DNA from: Kofleriaceae bacterium
GTDB taxonomy: Bacteria; Myxococcota_A; Polyangia; Haliangiales; Haliangiaceae
Direction: 5' to 3'
NCBI GenBank assembly: GCA_020633495.1
Contig: JACKDR010000001.1
Span: 374,105-438,104 of the forward strand
DNA: 64,000 nt
Position numbers and translations under genes: made by a program. Below are positions 21,850 to 35,446 of the stretch, one piece after another. Every line of letters starts with the position of its first letter. The first letter of the stretch is position 1. Below the pieces are notes generated by a model that made no database searches, was not told the DNA's origin, and was given only the letters and a program-made list of their open reading frames with translations.

Positions 21850-23179
21850 ATGCTCACCCGCACCGCCCCCGCCCTGGCCCTGGCCCTGGTCGCCGCGCTC
21901 GCGCCCGACGCCAGCGCCCAGCCGACCAACGACCCGGCGACGCCGACCCCACCCGCCGCGGCCGCGCGCGCCGCTGCCGGCGCCCGCGCCGGCGGCGGAC
22001 GCCACCGCGACCGACGCCGCGCCCGCGCCCGCGCCTGAGGCCGACGTCGAGCCGGCGCCCGAGGCCGCGCCCGCCCCCGCCGAGGTCGCGGTCGCCGACG
22101 CCGACGTCGCCGACGACGCCGCGGTCGCCGCCGCGCCGGAGGCGCACTGGTACGACGCGCTCATGGTCAACGGCTTCGCGTCGGTGGGCTTCACGCTCAA
22201 CACCAACCGGCCCGCCGACGACGCCAACCAGCTGCGGGTCTTCGACACCGAGGACAACGCGTTCAACGTCGACGTCATCGAGCTGGTGGTGCAGAAGCCC
22301 GCCGCGGAGCCGGGTCAGGCCGGCTTCCGCATCGACCTGACCGCGGGCTCGGCGATCCCGGCGGCGACCGCGTCGGCCGGCCTGTTCCGCGACGCCGACG
22401 GCGTCGCCCAGGACGTCGACCTGCAGCAGGCGGTGGTCTCGTACATCGGCAACGTCGGGGGCAAGGGCCTGCGGCTCGACGTCGGCAAGTTCGTCACCCA
22501 CATGGGCTACGAGCTGATCGAGGGCTACGACGGCTACAACGACAACTACTCGCGGTCGATCCTCTTCGGCTACGCGATCCCGTTCACCCACACCGGCGTC
22601 AAGCTCGGCTACCCGCTGACCGACAAGATCTCGGGCATGGTGATGATCGCCAACGGCTGGGACAACGTGAAGGACAACAACAGCGGCAAGACGCTCGGCC
22701 TGCAGCTGGCCGGCAGCTTCGACGCGGTGGCCGCCTACCTCAACTACGTCGGCGGCCCCGAGCAGGACGGCGACAACGGCAACCTCCGCCACGTCGTCGA
22801 CCTGGTCGCGACCTACGCGGCGTCCGACGTCCTGTCGTTCGGCCTCAACGGCGACTACGGCTACGAGGCCAACGCCGCCGGCATGGGCGACCAGGCCGCG
22901 ACCTGGATGGGCGCGGCGCTGTACGCCAAGTGGAGCGCGTCCGACGCCGTGTCGCTGGCGCTGCGCGGCGAGGTCTTCGACGACGCCGACGGCGTCCGCA
23001 CCGGCGCGGCGCAGACCGTCTACGAGGGCACGCTCAGCCCCTCGGTGAAGCTCGGAGACAACGTCGTGCTGCGCGGCGACGTCCGCTTCGACCGGTCGTC
23101 GGTCGAGTCGTTCATGACCTCGGACGGGACCTCCAAGCAGCAGGTCACGGTCGCGCTCAACGCCATCGGCGTGATGTAG
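21850..23179 (+). CDS. Outer-membrane beta-barrel (porin-like) protein. Apparent frameshift near 21970-21990 between the signal peptide and the barrel.
   Basis: GAGGAGGAGAGG RBS. Signal peptide (MLTRTAPALALALVAALAPDASAQ) is in ORF 21769-22038. The barrel portion (alternating hydrophobic strands, aromatic-rich) is in ORF 20567-23179. Confidence 0.5.
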
Positions 23180-23254
23180 CCCCGACGGGGCGCCCCCGCG
23201 ATCCCGACGCCCGCGAGGCCCGCCTCGCGGGCGTCGTTGTTGTAAGGTCCGGCG

Positions 23255-24175
23255 GTGCACCGTCGACCCCTCGTCCTGGCCGTGCTGGCAGGCGCGCTCG
23301 CGCTGACCGGCTGCAAGAGCTGTCGCAAGACGTCGTCGTCCAGCGCGCCTCCCGCCGCGGCCGCGCCGGGAGGCGACGCCGGCGCCCCCGGGCTCGCCCA
23401 CAAGAAGCTGCCGCCGGCGACCGAGCCCGATCCCGACTACGAGGCGCGCCGCGACGAGCTGCTGCGCCGGGGCAACCCGGAGATGATGAAGCCGGGTGAG
23501 GTCATCGACGTCAACGCCGAGCCCGAGGTGTCGGCGGCCGAGATGATCAAGCCGGTGTCCAAGGACGTCATGATGGTCAAGGACATCAAGGTCGACCTCG
23601 CGAAGGGACGCGCCGAGCTCCCGGCCCACGTCTCCCTCAACATGGGTCCGCTCGAGTTCGTCGCGGTCACCACCGGCGGCAAGGCCTACGAGAGCCTGCT
23701 GACCGTCGACTCGAGCGTGGTCGAGCTGCGCCTCGCGCTGACCCTGCTCGGCTTCGAAGGCGTCGTCCCCGACGCCCAGGGCGGCCTGCCGCCCGCCGAC
23801 GACAGCAACAGCGTCCACCTGCTGCTGCGGGTCGGCGACAAGGAGGCGCCCATCGGCGACTTCATGATCGACCGCCGCACCGGCAAGCCGGCGCAGGACG
23901 CCGCCTGGCAGGTGGTCGGCTTCGACGACGCGGGCCGCAAGAGCGCGCTGACCACCAAGCAGCTGGCGACCGTGATCGCCCGTGACGCCGAGGTCCCGCT
24001 GCGGATCACGACGGACGCCGGCAACCCGTACGCCGGACCCGATCAGGGCCTGGTGCCCAACAGCGCCGCGCTCCCGGCGGCCACCAGCGACGTCGTCCTG
24101 ATCCTCCAGCGCCACGGCGCGGCGCCCCAGGATACCCGTAGCCCCGGCGCCGCCGTCGACAAGGTGCAGCCATGA
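23255..24175 (+). CDS. Lipoprotein of unknown function.
   Basis: Lipobox (LALTGC) after a GTG start. 306 aa. Confidence 0.6.
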   Translation: MHRRPLVLAVLAGALALTGCKSCRKTSSSSAPPAAAAPGGDAGAPGLAHKKLPPATEPDPDYEARRDELLRRGNPEMMKPGEVIDVNAEPEVSAAEMIKPVSKDVMMVKDIKVDLAKGRAELPAHVSLNMGPLEFVAVTTGGKAYESLLTVDSSVVELRLALTLLGFEGVVPDAQGGLPPADDSNSVHLLLRVGDKEAPIGDFMIDRRTGKPAQDAAWQVVGFDDAGRKSALTTKQLATVIARDAEVPLRITTDAGNPYAGPDQGLVPNSAALPAATSDVVLILQRHGAAPQDTRSPGAAVDKVQP

Positions 24176-25167
24176 ACCCGACCCGGATCCTCGACCTCGC
24201 CAGCGCGTTCTGGAGCTCGGCCGCGCTGCTGTCGGCCGTCGAGCTCGGCCTGTTCGCTGCGCTCGACGGCGCCGCCGACGGCGTCACCGCCGACGAGGTC
24301 GCGCGCCGCGCCGGCGTGGCCGCGCGCCCGGCCGCGATGCTGCTCGACGCGGTGGTCGCGCTCGGCCTGTGCAGCCGCGACGGCGACCGCTACCGCAACA
24401 CCCCGGAGGCGGCGACGTTCCTGGTCCCCGGCAAGCCCGGCTCGCTGGCCGGCGCCCTCGGCTACAACGCGCGCCTGTTCGGCGCGTGGGCGCGGCTCGC
24501 CGAGGCGGTGCGGACCGACGCGCCGATCGTGACGACGCCGACCTACGTCGGCAAGGACGCTGCCGGCACGCGCGCGTTCGTCGAGGGCATGCACCACCGC
24601 GCGCTCGGCATGGCCCAGACCCTGCTGGGCGCGGTCGATCTCACCGGCCGCAAGCACCTGGTCGACGTCGCCGGCGGTCCCGGCACCCTGTCGGTCCTGC
24701 TCGCCCGCAAGCACCCCGAGCTGCGCGCCACCGTCCTCGAGCTGCCAGGCATCGCCGCGGTCGGCCGCGAGCTGGTCGCGGCGCAGGGCCTGGCCGACCG
24801 GGTCGTCCACCGCGACGCCGACGTCTTCGTCGACGACCTGGGCAGCGGCTACGACGCCGCGCTGGTGTCGGGCCTGCTGCACCGCGAGCCGCCCGACGTC
24901 TGCCGCGAGCTGCTGCGGCGCCTGCACGCCGCGGTCGAGCCCGGTGGCGTCGTCTACCTGATCGACGTCATGCGCGACGACAGCCGGGTCGGCCCGCCGT
25001 TCGCAGCGCTGTTCGCGCTCAACATGCTCTTGACCAGCGAGCGCGGCGGCTGCCACGCCGACGTCGACCACGCGGCCTGGCTCGAGGACGTCGGCTTCGG
25101 CGACGTCGCGATCACCCGTCCGGTCGCGCCCGCGGTCCACACCGTGGTCCGCGCGACCCGTCGCTAG
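24172..25167 (+). CDS. Class I SAM-dependent O-methyltransferase (COMT-like, with dimerisation domain).
   Basis: SAM motif (LVDVAGGPGTLS). ATGA overlap with the upstream lipoprotein gene. Confidence 0.75.
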   Translation: MNPTRILDLASAFWSSAALLSAVELGLFAALDGAADGVTADEVARRAGVAARPAAMLLDAVVALGLCSRDGDRYRNTPEAATFLVPGKPGSLAGALGYNARLFGAWARLAEAVRTDAPIVTTPTYVGKDAAGTRAFVEGMHHRALGMAQTLLGAVDLTGRKHLVDVAGGPGTLSVLLARKHPELRATVLELPGIAAVGRELVAAQGLADRVVHRDADVFVDDLGSGYDAALVSGLLHREPPDVCRELLRRLHAAVEPGGVVYLIDVMRDDSRVGPPFAALFALNMLLTSERGGCHADVDHAAWLEDVGFGDVAITRPVAPAVHTVVRATRR

Positions 25168-25387
25168 CGGGCCGAGCTACGCGGCGCGGCCGGGCGTGGC
25201 GCGGCCTGGTCCGGCGCCCGTGCCCCTGCCCGTGCCCGATCTGGACTCGGGCGCGCCGCCGTCGCACGTCGCCCGCCCGGCCGCGACGGTGCCCCTTCAC
25301 ACGCCCCGAAACGCGCGACGGCGCGACGGTCTCCCGTCGCGCCGTGGCAGGACACGATGTCCCCGGGCTTTCCCGGGGCGGCGGAGG

Positions 25388-27205
<1,818 letters not shown>

Positions 27206-28594
27206 GGGTCCTCCCCCGCACGCCCCGCAGGGGACGCGCCAAGACGATCGAGCCCGAGAGCGCGGTCGAAGTCGACCTCGAGCAGCATGAACGAACAGGA
27301 CGGGCAGATCAGCCAGCCCGGCACCGGGAAGCGGCGCGCGGCGCGCAGGGCGTACAGCTCGCGCTGCAGCCTGACGTAGAGCGTCGGCGGGATGCCGTCG
27401 GTGATCTTGTAGCTGGTGCCGTCGATCGGCCACAGCGGCGAGTACAGCGGCGCGATGCCGTGATCGAGCAGGAACGTGGCGCCCTCGACGACGCTGGCGA
27501 CGAAGGCGTCGTGCGACAGGCACGGCCCCGGCGGCACCAGCTCGAGCCCGGCGACGAACGCCGAGCCGACGTTGCCGCGGCCGAAGGCGTCGACGGCGCC
27601 GAGCAGGCCGTCGATCCAGCGCTGCCGGCCGACGTACTTGGCCTTGCCCGGGCAGCACGCCTCGAAGGTGGCGGCGTCCCAGGTCTCGAGGTTGTAGCAG
27701 GCGCTGTCGGCGCCGGCGTCGCGGTAGCGGCGCGACCCGGCGGGGTCGACCGCGCCGGAGCCGATCGTGACCCGCAGCCGGTCACCGACGCCGCGGCGCA
27801 CCGCCTCGATCACCGGCAGGAAGCGCTCGACCTCGAGGACGGGGTCGAGCACCGAGCCCCCGGTGATGTAGACGTGGCGGGCGTGCGGCGCGCTGGGCTC
27901 GTCGACGCCGGCCGCGGCGGCGCGCAGCACCGCCTCGATGCGCTTCGGGGTCAGCTCGTCGAGGGCGAGCCGGCCCTGCTCCTGGCCGAGGGTCAGGGAC
28001 CGCCGGTCGAACCGGCCGTAGGCGCAGAACGAGCACTTCTGGGGCGCGCCCGGCCCGCCGCCGTCGGCGCGCTCGGCCCGGACCGAGAAGTACTCGCAGC
28101 CGGGCGCGACGTTGACGACGATCATGTCGCCGAGCTGCTCGGCGCCGGCGGCGAACGCGTCGAGGCCGTCCGCGGTGCGGAAGTCCTGCCAGCCGTGCTT
28201 GCGCACGAACTGGACCTCGCACAGCTCGCGGGGCGCGGCGCCGACCGACCACAGGGCGTAGCGCCCGGCGTCGTCGCGCCGGACCTCCATGCCCGCCCGA
28301 TCGTCGACGCGGATCCGCGCCACCGCCTGGCCCCCGAGATCGAACAGGTACGGCACCTGGATGCTGTCGACCTGGCCCGACTCGTGGCGCCGTCGGTAGG
28401 GATAGAAGTTCGGCGCGGCCCCCTCCTCGACCGCGCGCGCGAGCGCGTCGGTGAAGCGAAGACCTCCGAACATGAGCTCCGCCTTCCAGAGGACGATCTC
28501 CGGCAGGTCGGGGAAGTGTTCGCGCAGCGCGAGCTCCATGGGAAATGGCGGAAGGGGCCGGCCGCGCGAGCGACCGGCCCCTTTCCGTGAAGAG

Positions 28595-31500
28595 CTACGC
28601 CCGCGCCCCGCGGCGACGCCGCGCGACCATCAGGCCGAGGCCGACCAGGACCAGGCCAGCCGCACCGCCCTCGCCGCCACCGGTCGAGCAGCCGCCGCCG
28701 TTGACCACGACCTCCGGGTTGTCGATGGGCGCCGCGACGACGAACGAGTTGGGCTCGGAGAACTCGCTCTCGGCCCCCTCGGCATCGACCGCCTTGGCGT
28801 GCCAGGTGTACGTCGCGCCGTTGTCGAGCTGGCCGGCCATCGAGGTGACGGTGCCGCTGACGCCGGTGACGGACGCCACCACGGTATCGGAGGAGTCCAT
28901 GACCTCGACCACGTAGGTGATGTTCTCACCCTCGGGGTCGGTGGCCGGGGCCCACGAGAACACCGGCGCGGTGGTCACGACGCTGCTGCCGTCCGACGGG
29001 TTGTTGAGCGTCGGCACGGTCGGCGGATCGTTCACCGTCGACACCAGGAAGCAGGCGGCGTTGTACGCGCTGGTGGCCTGGCCGTCATCCGACCGGGCGC
29101 GCCAGCAGTACCGGGTGTCCTCGTCGAGATCCGCGGCCAGGTTGAACGCGGTGTTCTGGACGCCCTGCGCGTTCACGTTGGTGCCGCTGTCGATGATGGT
29201 CCCGAAGGTGTCATCGGTGGCGAGATCCCAGTCGTAGACCACGACGTCGAGGTCGGAGTCGTCGGCGTTGAGGATGATCAGCTCGGGGCGAACCGTCGCG
29301 ACGATCGTCCCGTTCTGCGGCGACACCAGCACCGGCGCCTCGGGGGCGGCGTTGACGGTGGTCACGAAGAACTTGCCGTTCTGGCTCCAGTCGCCGTCCA
29401 GGCCCTCGTCGTCGGTGGCCCGCGCGCGCCAGTAGTACGTGGTGTCCTCGACCAGGGTCGCCGTGGTCACCCAGCTGGTGGTGCCGGTGCCCGAGGCGAC
29501 GCCGTTCTCCGACGCCACCAGGTTCGACAGCGCCGGGTCGGAGTAGACCTCGAAGGTATAGGTCAGCGGATCCATGTCGACGTCGGTCGCGTTGTCGACG
29601 GTCAGGGTCGGGGTCAACGAGTTGACCTGACCACCGAACGCCGGCGTGTTGATGCGCGGCGCGCCCGGGGCCTCGTTCACGGTGTTGACGAAGAAGCTGC
29701 AGGTCGCGCTGAACTGGCCGAAGGTGAACTGATCCTCGGCCCGGACGCGCCAGTAGTAGGTCTGGTTCTCGAGCAGGTTGACCGGGACCGACCACTGGGT
29801 CTGGCCACCGACGCCCTCCGGGATGCCCGCCTGCGACGCCACCAGGATGGTCAAGCCGACATCGCTGTAGAGCTCGAACTCGTAGTCGAGCGCGGTGCCC
29901 TGCGGATCGACCGCGTTGTCCGCGACCAGGATGGTCTGCAGGCTGTTGATCTCGCCACCGCAGGTCGGCGAGGCCGCGACCGGCGCCGACGGGCCGTCGT
30001 AGGTCAGCGGGTCGGTGACATTGTTGAACTCCTGGAGGTTGTTCATGCCGTCGCCGTCGGGGTCACCGAACTGATCCTGCGACGTGATGTCGCCGAAGTT
30101 GGCGTTCTCCCACGAGTCGGGCAGGCCATCACCGTCGGTGTCGACGAAGGTCACGTCGATGTCGAAGCTCTGGCAGGTCTGGCCGTTGTCGTCGTCGGTG
30201 ACACAGACGGTGACCGGCGCGCTGGCGCCGAGGGCCTGGGTGAAGTTCGGGGTCCAGTCGACGGTGCAGCCGGTCAAGGTCATCCCGGCCGGCACCACCG
30301 GCGCCGAGCAGGTGTGCGTGTCCGCGACGCCCGGGTCGGTGAACGTCACGGTGTAGGTGTACGCCGTGCCCTCGACTGCGGAGGTGCCCGGCGTCGAGGT
30401 GATCGTGGGCGCGACGTTGTTGACGGTGACGGTGAGCCCCGAGTTGCCGACGCCGCCGTCGTCGTCGGTCACGGCGACGGTGACCGCGTACGTGCCGTTG
30501 TCGGCGTAGGCGTGGTTCGGGTTCTGGGCGGTGTCGCCGGTGGTGTCGCCGAAGGTCCAGGCGAACGTGTGGGTGTCAGCGGTGCCCGGGTCGGTGAAGG
30601 TGACCGCGAACGGCACGGCGTCACCCTCGTTGGCCACCAGGTCGGGCCCGGCGTTGGCGGTGGGCGCGACGTTGGTGATGACCACCGGGATGGTATCGAC
30701 CGAGGTGCCGCCGATGCTGGTCGAGGTCAGGGTCACGTCGAAGGCGCCGTCATCGGGGAACGCGTACGTCACGTTCTGGCCAGGCAGCGTGTCGCCGTTG
30801 GCGAAGTCCCAGGTGTAGACCGGGTTGCCGGTGCCGGGATCGCTCTCCGATCCGTCGAAGCTGATGACCGTGCCCTCGGGCGCGGTGGCGACGCTGGACT
30901 CGCCGATCGCCAGCGGCGGGATGGCGTCCGGCGACAGCACCAGGATCGCCCAGACCGCACGCAGCGTCGGACCGCCGGTGTTGTCGCTGTTGGCGCCGTT
31001 GGCGTAGGACCAGTTCCAGCCGCCGTCCGCGGCCTGGTTGTTGATGAAGTACTGGGAGAACAGCCGGGCCCACTCGTTGCCGCCGAACTGGGTGATCTCG
31101 GGGACGACCGCGCGGGCGGCGTCCTGCCAGTGCAGCATGGCGTAGTGCGTCCCCTGGCCGTCGACCCGGGAGAAGTCACCGCCCGTCACGAATCCGGTGT
31201 TCCACCCGATCGACCCGGAGTAGCCGGTCAGGAACCGGTTGCCGATGAAGTTCAGGATGGCGTCGTGGTGGGTGCGCAGCGCGCCACGGGTGATCGTGCT
31301 GTAGCCGGGGAACGCGATACGGGTGTCGGTGGCGTCGAAGGTGTTGGCCCCGACCCAGCCCATGGCCAGCGTGCTCAGCGCGGTGGTCGTGAAGCCTGGG
31401 GTGGTGTAGCCGGTGCTATAGGCGTTGCCGCGCTCGCCGGCCGCCGGGCTCTGGTAGTTGGTCGCGACGAACACCGCCAGGCGCGCCTTGGCCAGGTTGG

Positions 31501-32644
31501 GGACGATGACGCCCCAGCCGCCGGCGAACTCGTCGGCGTGCCAGAGCCCGGTGACTCCCCACAGCGACGTCGACGTGTCGGTTCCGCCAGCGTTCGCGGT
31601 GTAGTACCAGGTGCCGGTGCCGGTGCCGGTGTCGTTCTGGGCGTAGACCATGCCGTCGACCATCTGCTGGACGATGTACTCGAAGCGGCGGCCGAGGACG
31701 TAGGTCGGGTCACCGACCTGGGCGACGAAGCCCTTGAGGTTCGAGACCGCGAACGACGCCAGCATGTGGCCGAAGACGTAGGAGTCTTCGCCGCTGGTGT
31801 GCCAGAAGGCGACGCCGTCGTCGGTGCCGTTGATCGGGGTCTTCTGGACCTCGGGGTAGAAGCCGCTGAGGTTGGACTCGTCCGCGGCCGGGATGCCGGT
31901 GAGGATCACGAAGCGGGGCAGCATGTAGTTGACCGCGCGCATCGCGTCCTCGGCGTACGGATCGTTGTCCCAGCGGGCGCTGTTGTCGGCGGCGTCGGGG
32001 AGCGCGCCGATGTAGGCCGGCGGGAACGCCGCGAAGTGGCCGTTGAGCGACAGCGACCACAGGAAGCCCGCGGTCGCCGCCTCGGGGTAGCCGGCGGGGA
32101 TGTTGCCGCTTGCCTGGGCACCGTAGAGGGCATCACCCTCGTTGCCGGTGCGAGTCATCTGGTTGTGCAGGTACCAGAGCGCGTCGTCGACCGCGACGCC
32201 GCGCATGACCTGGAGCTGGCGGTCGGTCGCCGTCCCCGGGTCGGCGGGAACGTCGGCGAAGACGCGCACCGGGTAGGTCCCGGTGACGGTCTCACCGTTC
32301 GAGGTCACCCGGACCACCGCGTTGAAGCCGGTGGTGGTGACCTGGTCGGGGTACGTGAAGGTGGCCGCCAAGTTGTAGCGGTTGGTCGTGGGGAAGGTGG
32401 TGTCGAAGGTACCGTCACCGTCGAAGTCCCACTCGACGGTGTAGTTGCCGTCGCCGCCGCGCGCGATCGCCTTGAAGGTGGTCGCGTGCCCGTTGTAGGC
32501 CTGGTGCGGCACCGTGGGGTCCGTCGCCACCCAGGGCACGGGTATCACCTTGAGGTTCTGGGCCGAGGCGGTTCGACCGACGGCGAGCGCCACCAACGAG
32601 ACGATGGCAGCAAGCAAGTAGCGCTGGACGCGAGCAGGCATCAC
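28595..32644 (-). CDS. Large secreted multi-domain protein with PKD-like repeats, a possible alpha/alpha-toroid domain, FN3-like repeats and a MYXO-CTERM sorting signal.
   Basis: Signal peptide. Repeated PKD motifs (WDFGDGT / FAWTFGD / NHAYADNGTY). C-terminal GGGCSTGGGEGGAAGLVLVGLGLMVARRRRG. Confidence 0.82.
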   Translation of the reverse strand: MMPARVQRYLLAAIVSLVALAVGRTASAQNLKVIPVPWVATDPTVPHQAYNGHATTFKAIARGGDGNYTVEWDFDGDGTFDTTFPTTNRYNLAATFTYPDQVTTTGFNAVVRVTSNGETVTGTYPVRVFADVPADPGTATDRQLQVMRGVAVDDALWYLHNQMTRTGNEGDALYGAQASGNIPAGYPEAATAGFLWSLSLNGHFAAFPPAYIGALPDAADNSARWDNDPYAEDAMRAVNYMLPRFVILTGIPAADESNLSGFYPEVQKTPINGTDDGVAFWHTSGEDSYVFGHMLASFAVSNLKGFVAQVGDPTYVLGRRFEYIVQQMVDGMVYAQNDTGTGTGTWYYTANAGGTDTSTSLWGVTGLWHADEFAGGWGVIVPNLAKARLAVFVATNYQSPAAGERGNAYSTGYTTPGFTTTALSTLAMGWVGANTFDATDTRIAFPGYSTITRGALRTHHDAILNFIGNRFLTGYSGSIGWNTGFVTGGDFSRVDGQGTHYAMLHWQDAARAVVPEITQFGGNEWARLFSQYFINNQAADGGWNWSYANGANSDNTGGPTLRAVWAILVLSPDAIPPLAIGESSVATAPEGTVISFDGSESDPGTGNPVYTWDFANGDTLPGQNVTYAFPDDGAFDVTLTSTSIGGTSVDTIPVVITNVAPTANAGPDLVANEGDAVPFAVTFTDPGTADTHTFAWTFGDTTGDTAQNPNHAYADNGTYAVTVAVTDDDGGVGNSGLTVTVNNVAPTITSTPGTSAVEGTAYTYTVTFTDPGVADTHTCSAPVVPAGMTLTGCTVDWTPNFTQALGASAPVTVCVTDDDNGQTCQSFDIDVTFVDTDGDGLPDSWENANFGDITSQDQFGDPDGDGMNNLQEFNNVTDPLTYDGPSAPVAASPTCGGEINSLQTILVADNAVDPQGTALDYEFELYSDVGLTILVASQAGIPEGVGGQTQWSVPVNLLENQTYYWRVRAEDQFTFGQFSATCSFFVNTVNEAPGAPRINTPAFGGQVNSLTPTLTVDNATDVDMDPLTYTFEVYSDPALSNLVASENGVASGTGTTSWVTTATLVEDTTYYWRARATDDEGLDGDWSQNGKFFVTTVNAAPEAPVLVSPQNGTIVATVRPELIILNADDSDLDVVVYDWDLATDDTFGTIIDSGTNVNAQGVQNTAFNLAADLDEDTRYCWRARSDDGQATSAYNAACFLVSTVNDPPTVPTLNNPSDGSSVVTTAPVFSWAPATDPEGENITYVVEVMDSSDTVVASVTGVSGTVTSMAGQLDNGATYTWHAKAVDAEGAESEFSEPNSFVVAAPIDNPEVVVNGGGCSTGGGEGGAAGLVLVGLGLMVARRRRGARA

Positions 32645-32742
32645 GTTCCCCCGTGGAATTAGTCCGGGACGCGGCTACACGTATAGCCGAGACCCCGTGA
32701 CACTGTTACGCAGAACCTGCGCGGAACGCAAGTCCTCCGGGC

Positions 32743-35446
32743 CTACGGGATTCTCCGATTTCCCAGCGTCGGGATCGCGAGGGTGATCAACGCGAGCATC
32801 GCGAGCACGGTCGCGGCGACGGGAAGCGAGTGGATGACTCGCTCGCGGCGGCTCACCGGTGGCGTCGACGGCGTCGACCAGATCGCCGGCCCGAGCGCCG
32901 CATGCTCCGGATCTCCGAGGACGATCGTGGTCCGCGCGCCCGCCGCGACGAGCTCGAGGTCGGTGTCGGACGGCACCACACGCACCACCGCGCCGAGGTG
33001 ATCGAAGCCGCGCGCGATCAGCGCGACGGTCCGACCGGTCTCACCGGGACGGTCCGGCGACCGGACATCGAGCTGCCCCACCGCTACCCCATCCGGTGAC
33101 GCGACGGTGACATCGATCGCGCTGGGCGCGCTGGGCGCGGTGGGCGTGGTCGCCGCGGCGACCTCCAGCTCGACCCCGGCGCGCGGCACCGCGACGTCAC
33201 GGATCAGCGCCGCGCCGAGGTCGGGCGGCACCCACGCGCCGCCGAGATCGGCGGTCCACGCCAGGACCCGTCCGGCGCCGTGAGGGCGCCACGCCAGCAA
33301 CGGCTCGGCGGCGACGTCGGCGAGCACCTCGGCGTCCCCGGTCGGATGCAGACCCACGTGTCCGATGACCGGCGCGTTCTCGAGGCCGGCCGGCGGCGCG
33401 CCGAGCAGCCGCGCCCACGCGGCGCGCACCGCGGCGGTGCCGGCGGTGGTGGCCGGCGCGCCCGCGGTCCGGATGGCGGGCAGCGCCGCCGCGACGCCGC
33501 CGTCGTCCGGATGGACCTCGCCGCCGCCGGCGCGCGCCAGCGCGGCGAGCCGCGCGGCGGCGGCCTCGTCAGGCTCGCCGGTGGCGATCACCTCGAGGCG
33601 GACGCCCGCGCCGGCCAGGGCCCGCGCCGCGTCGAGCGCGGCCGGCGCCGCCGCGGCGAAGCCACCGTCGCTGACCAGGACCGCGACCCGCCGGGTGTCG
33701 GCGGGGGCCGCGGTCAGGCGGCGGGCGGCGAGCCGCAGCGCGGCGGTCGGATCGGTGCCGCCGCGCGCCGGCGGCGGCAGCGTCGGCACCGCGGCGCCGG
33801 TCCCGACCGGCGCCAGCGGCACCCAGTCAGTGGCGTCGACGTCGAACGCGATCGCGCCGAACAGATCGGTGGGCTCCAGCGCGGCGCCGGCGGCGGCGAC
33901 GTCGGCGGCGCCGGGCACCGCGCCGCGGCGCCCAGCGGCGTCGATCGATCCCGAGCGATCGACGACGAGCAGCAGCGCGACGCGCGGGCCGTCGCCGGGG
34001 CGCAGCGGCAGCAGCCAGGCCACCTCCCCACCCCGCCGGCCGCGACCGCCGGGCCGGCGGCCCACAGCAGCGTGCCGCCGCCGGTGACGAAGTCGTCGAC
34101 GGCGGCGACCGCGTCGGGCGACAAGCGCCGCCGCCAGGACGTCGTCGAGCACGGCGACGTCGACGGCGGCCAGCGCCGGCGCCACCAGCGCCGCCGCCGA
34201 GGTGGCGTCGACGCGGAGCAGCCAGGGCGGCCCGGCGACGTCGACGCGGGCGCGCGCGTGATCGGTGGCGGCCACCGGATCGCCGGCCGCGACGATCGTG
34301 ACGTCGAGGTCGGCCGGCCCGGCGGCGTCGTGGGTGACCGGCACGGTGAGCGCGGTGCGGCCGGCGCCGACCTCGACGTCGCGGTGGGCGATGACGGCGC
34401 CGCGGTGCCGGACCTCGACCGCGACGGCGAGCGCGACCAGGCCTCGATCACGACCGGCAGCGCGAACGGGCGGCCAGGCGCGGCGCGGCGCGACGTCGCC
34501 GGGACCTCGACCCGCGCCAGGTCGCCGCTGTCGACGGCGGCGAGCTCGAGCCGGCGGCCGATGCGCGCCAGGGACGTCGCCACCGCGGCGTCGCCGCGGA
34601 CGCTGTCGCGGCCGTCGCCGACCACGACGAGCTCGCCGCCGCCGCCGCCCAGCGCAGCGCCGGCGACCGCCAGCGCGGCGCCCAGATCCGTGCGCGCCGG
34701 ATCGACGCCGAGCGCGACGGCGTCGACCAGGCCGCGCCGCGCCCACCGCGCCACCGCCGCCGGCGGACCGAGCGGAACGACGACGCGGGCGCCGCCGGCG
34801 CGACGATCAGCGCGGCACGATCGTCGGGGCCGAGCGCGTCGGCGCGGCGCGCGACCTCGGCGCGGGCCGCGGCCTCGGCAGGCGCGACGCTCGCCGAGAC
34901 GTCGAGCACGAAGCCGACCCGCCGGCCGTCGCGCGTCACCCCGCCCCAGGCCAGGGCGCCGAGGCCGGCGACCAGCGCGACGCGGGCGGCCAGCGCGCCG
35001 CGGCGGGCCCGGGTCGCCGCGGCCTCGATCGCGATCAGCAGCGCGGCGACGATCAGCAGCGCCCGCACCGGCCAGCCGCGCCGGGGCGCCAGCTCGCCGG
35101 CAGGGACCGCCGGCGCGAGCGCCGGCGCCTCGACCGTCACCACCTCGGCGCGCGCCACCGGCGCCAGCGGCGGCGCCGCCAGCGCGTCGGCCAGCACCAC
35201 CGGCAGGACCGGCCCGTCGAGCCGCGCGGTCAGGCGCAGCGTCGGCGTCGCGGCGACGTCGAGCCACAGCGCCAGGTGCGGCCCGGCGCGCAGCCACACC
35301 GCGCCGGGTCGATCGCGTGATCCGCGGGCGTGACGTCGACCGGCGCCGCGGCGTCGAGCAGCGCCGCGGTCGCGCCCGGGCAGCGGCGCGCCCGGCACCC
35401 GCAGCAGCGGCTCGGTCGCGCCGCCGGCGGCGGCGTCGACGACGAT
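32743..35446 (-). pseudogene. One or two vWA-domain (BatA/BatB-like) genes fragmented by frame changes. Boundaries unresolved.
   Basis: vWA MIDAS-like segments (LLLVVDRSGSI, VGFVLDVSASV, LVVVGDGRD) are spread over three frames (ORFs 32743-34746, 33714-35471, 34448-36370). Confidence 0.35.

Noticed and set aside
28451-32662. 1403-aa plus-strand ORF
   Set aside because: Antisense shadow of the PKD/MYXO-CTERM gene. It has no motifs and low-complexity G/R/D/V composition.
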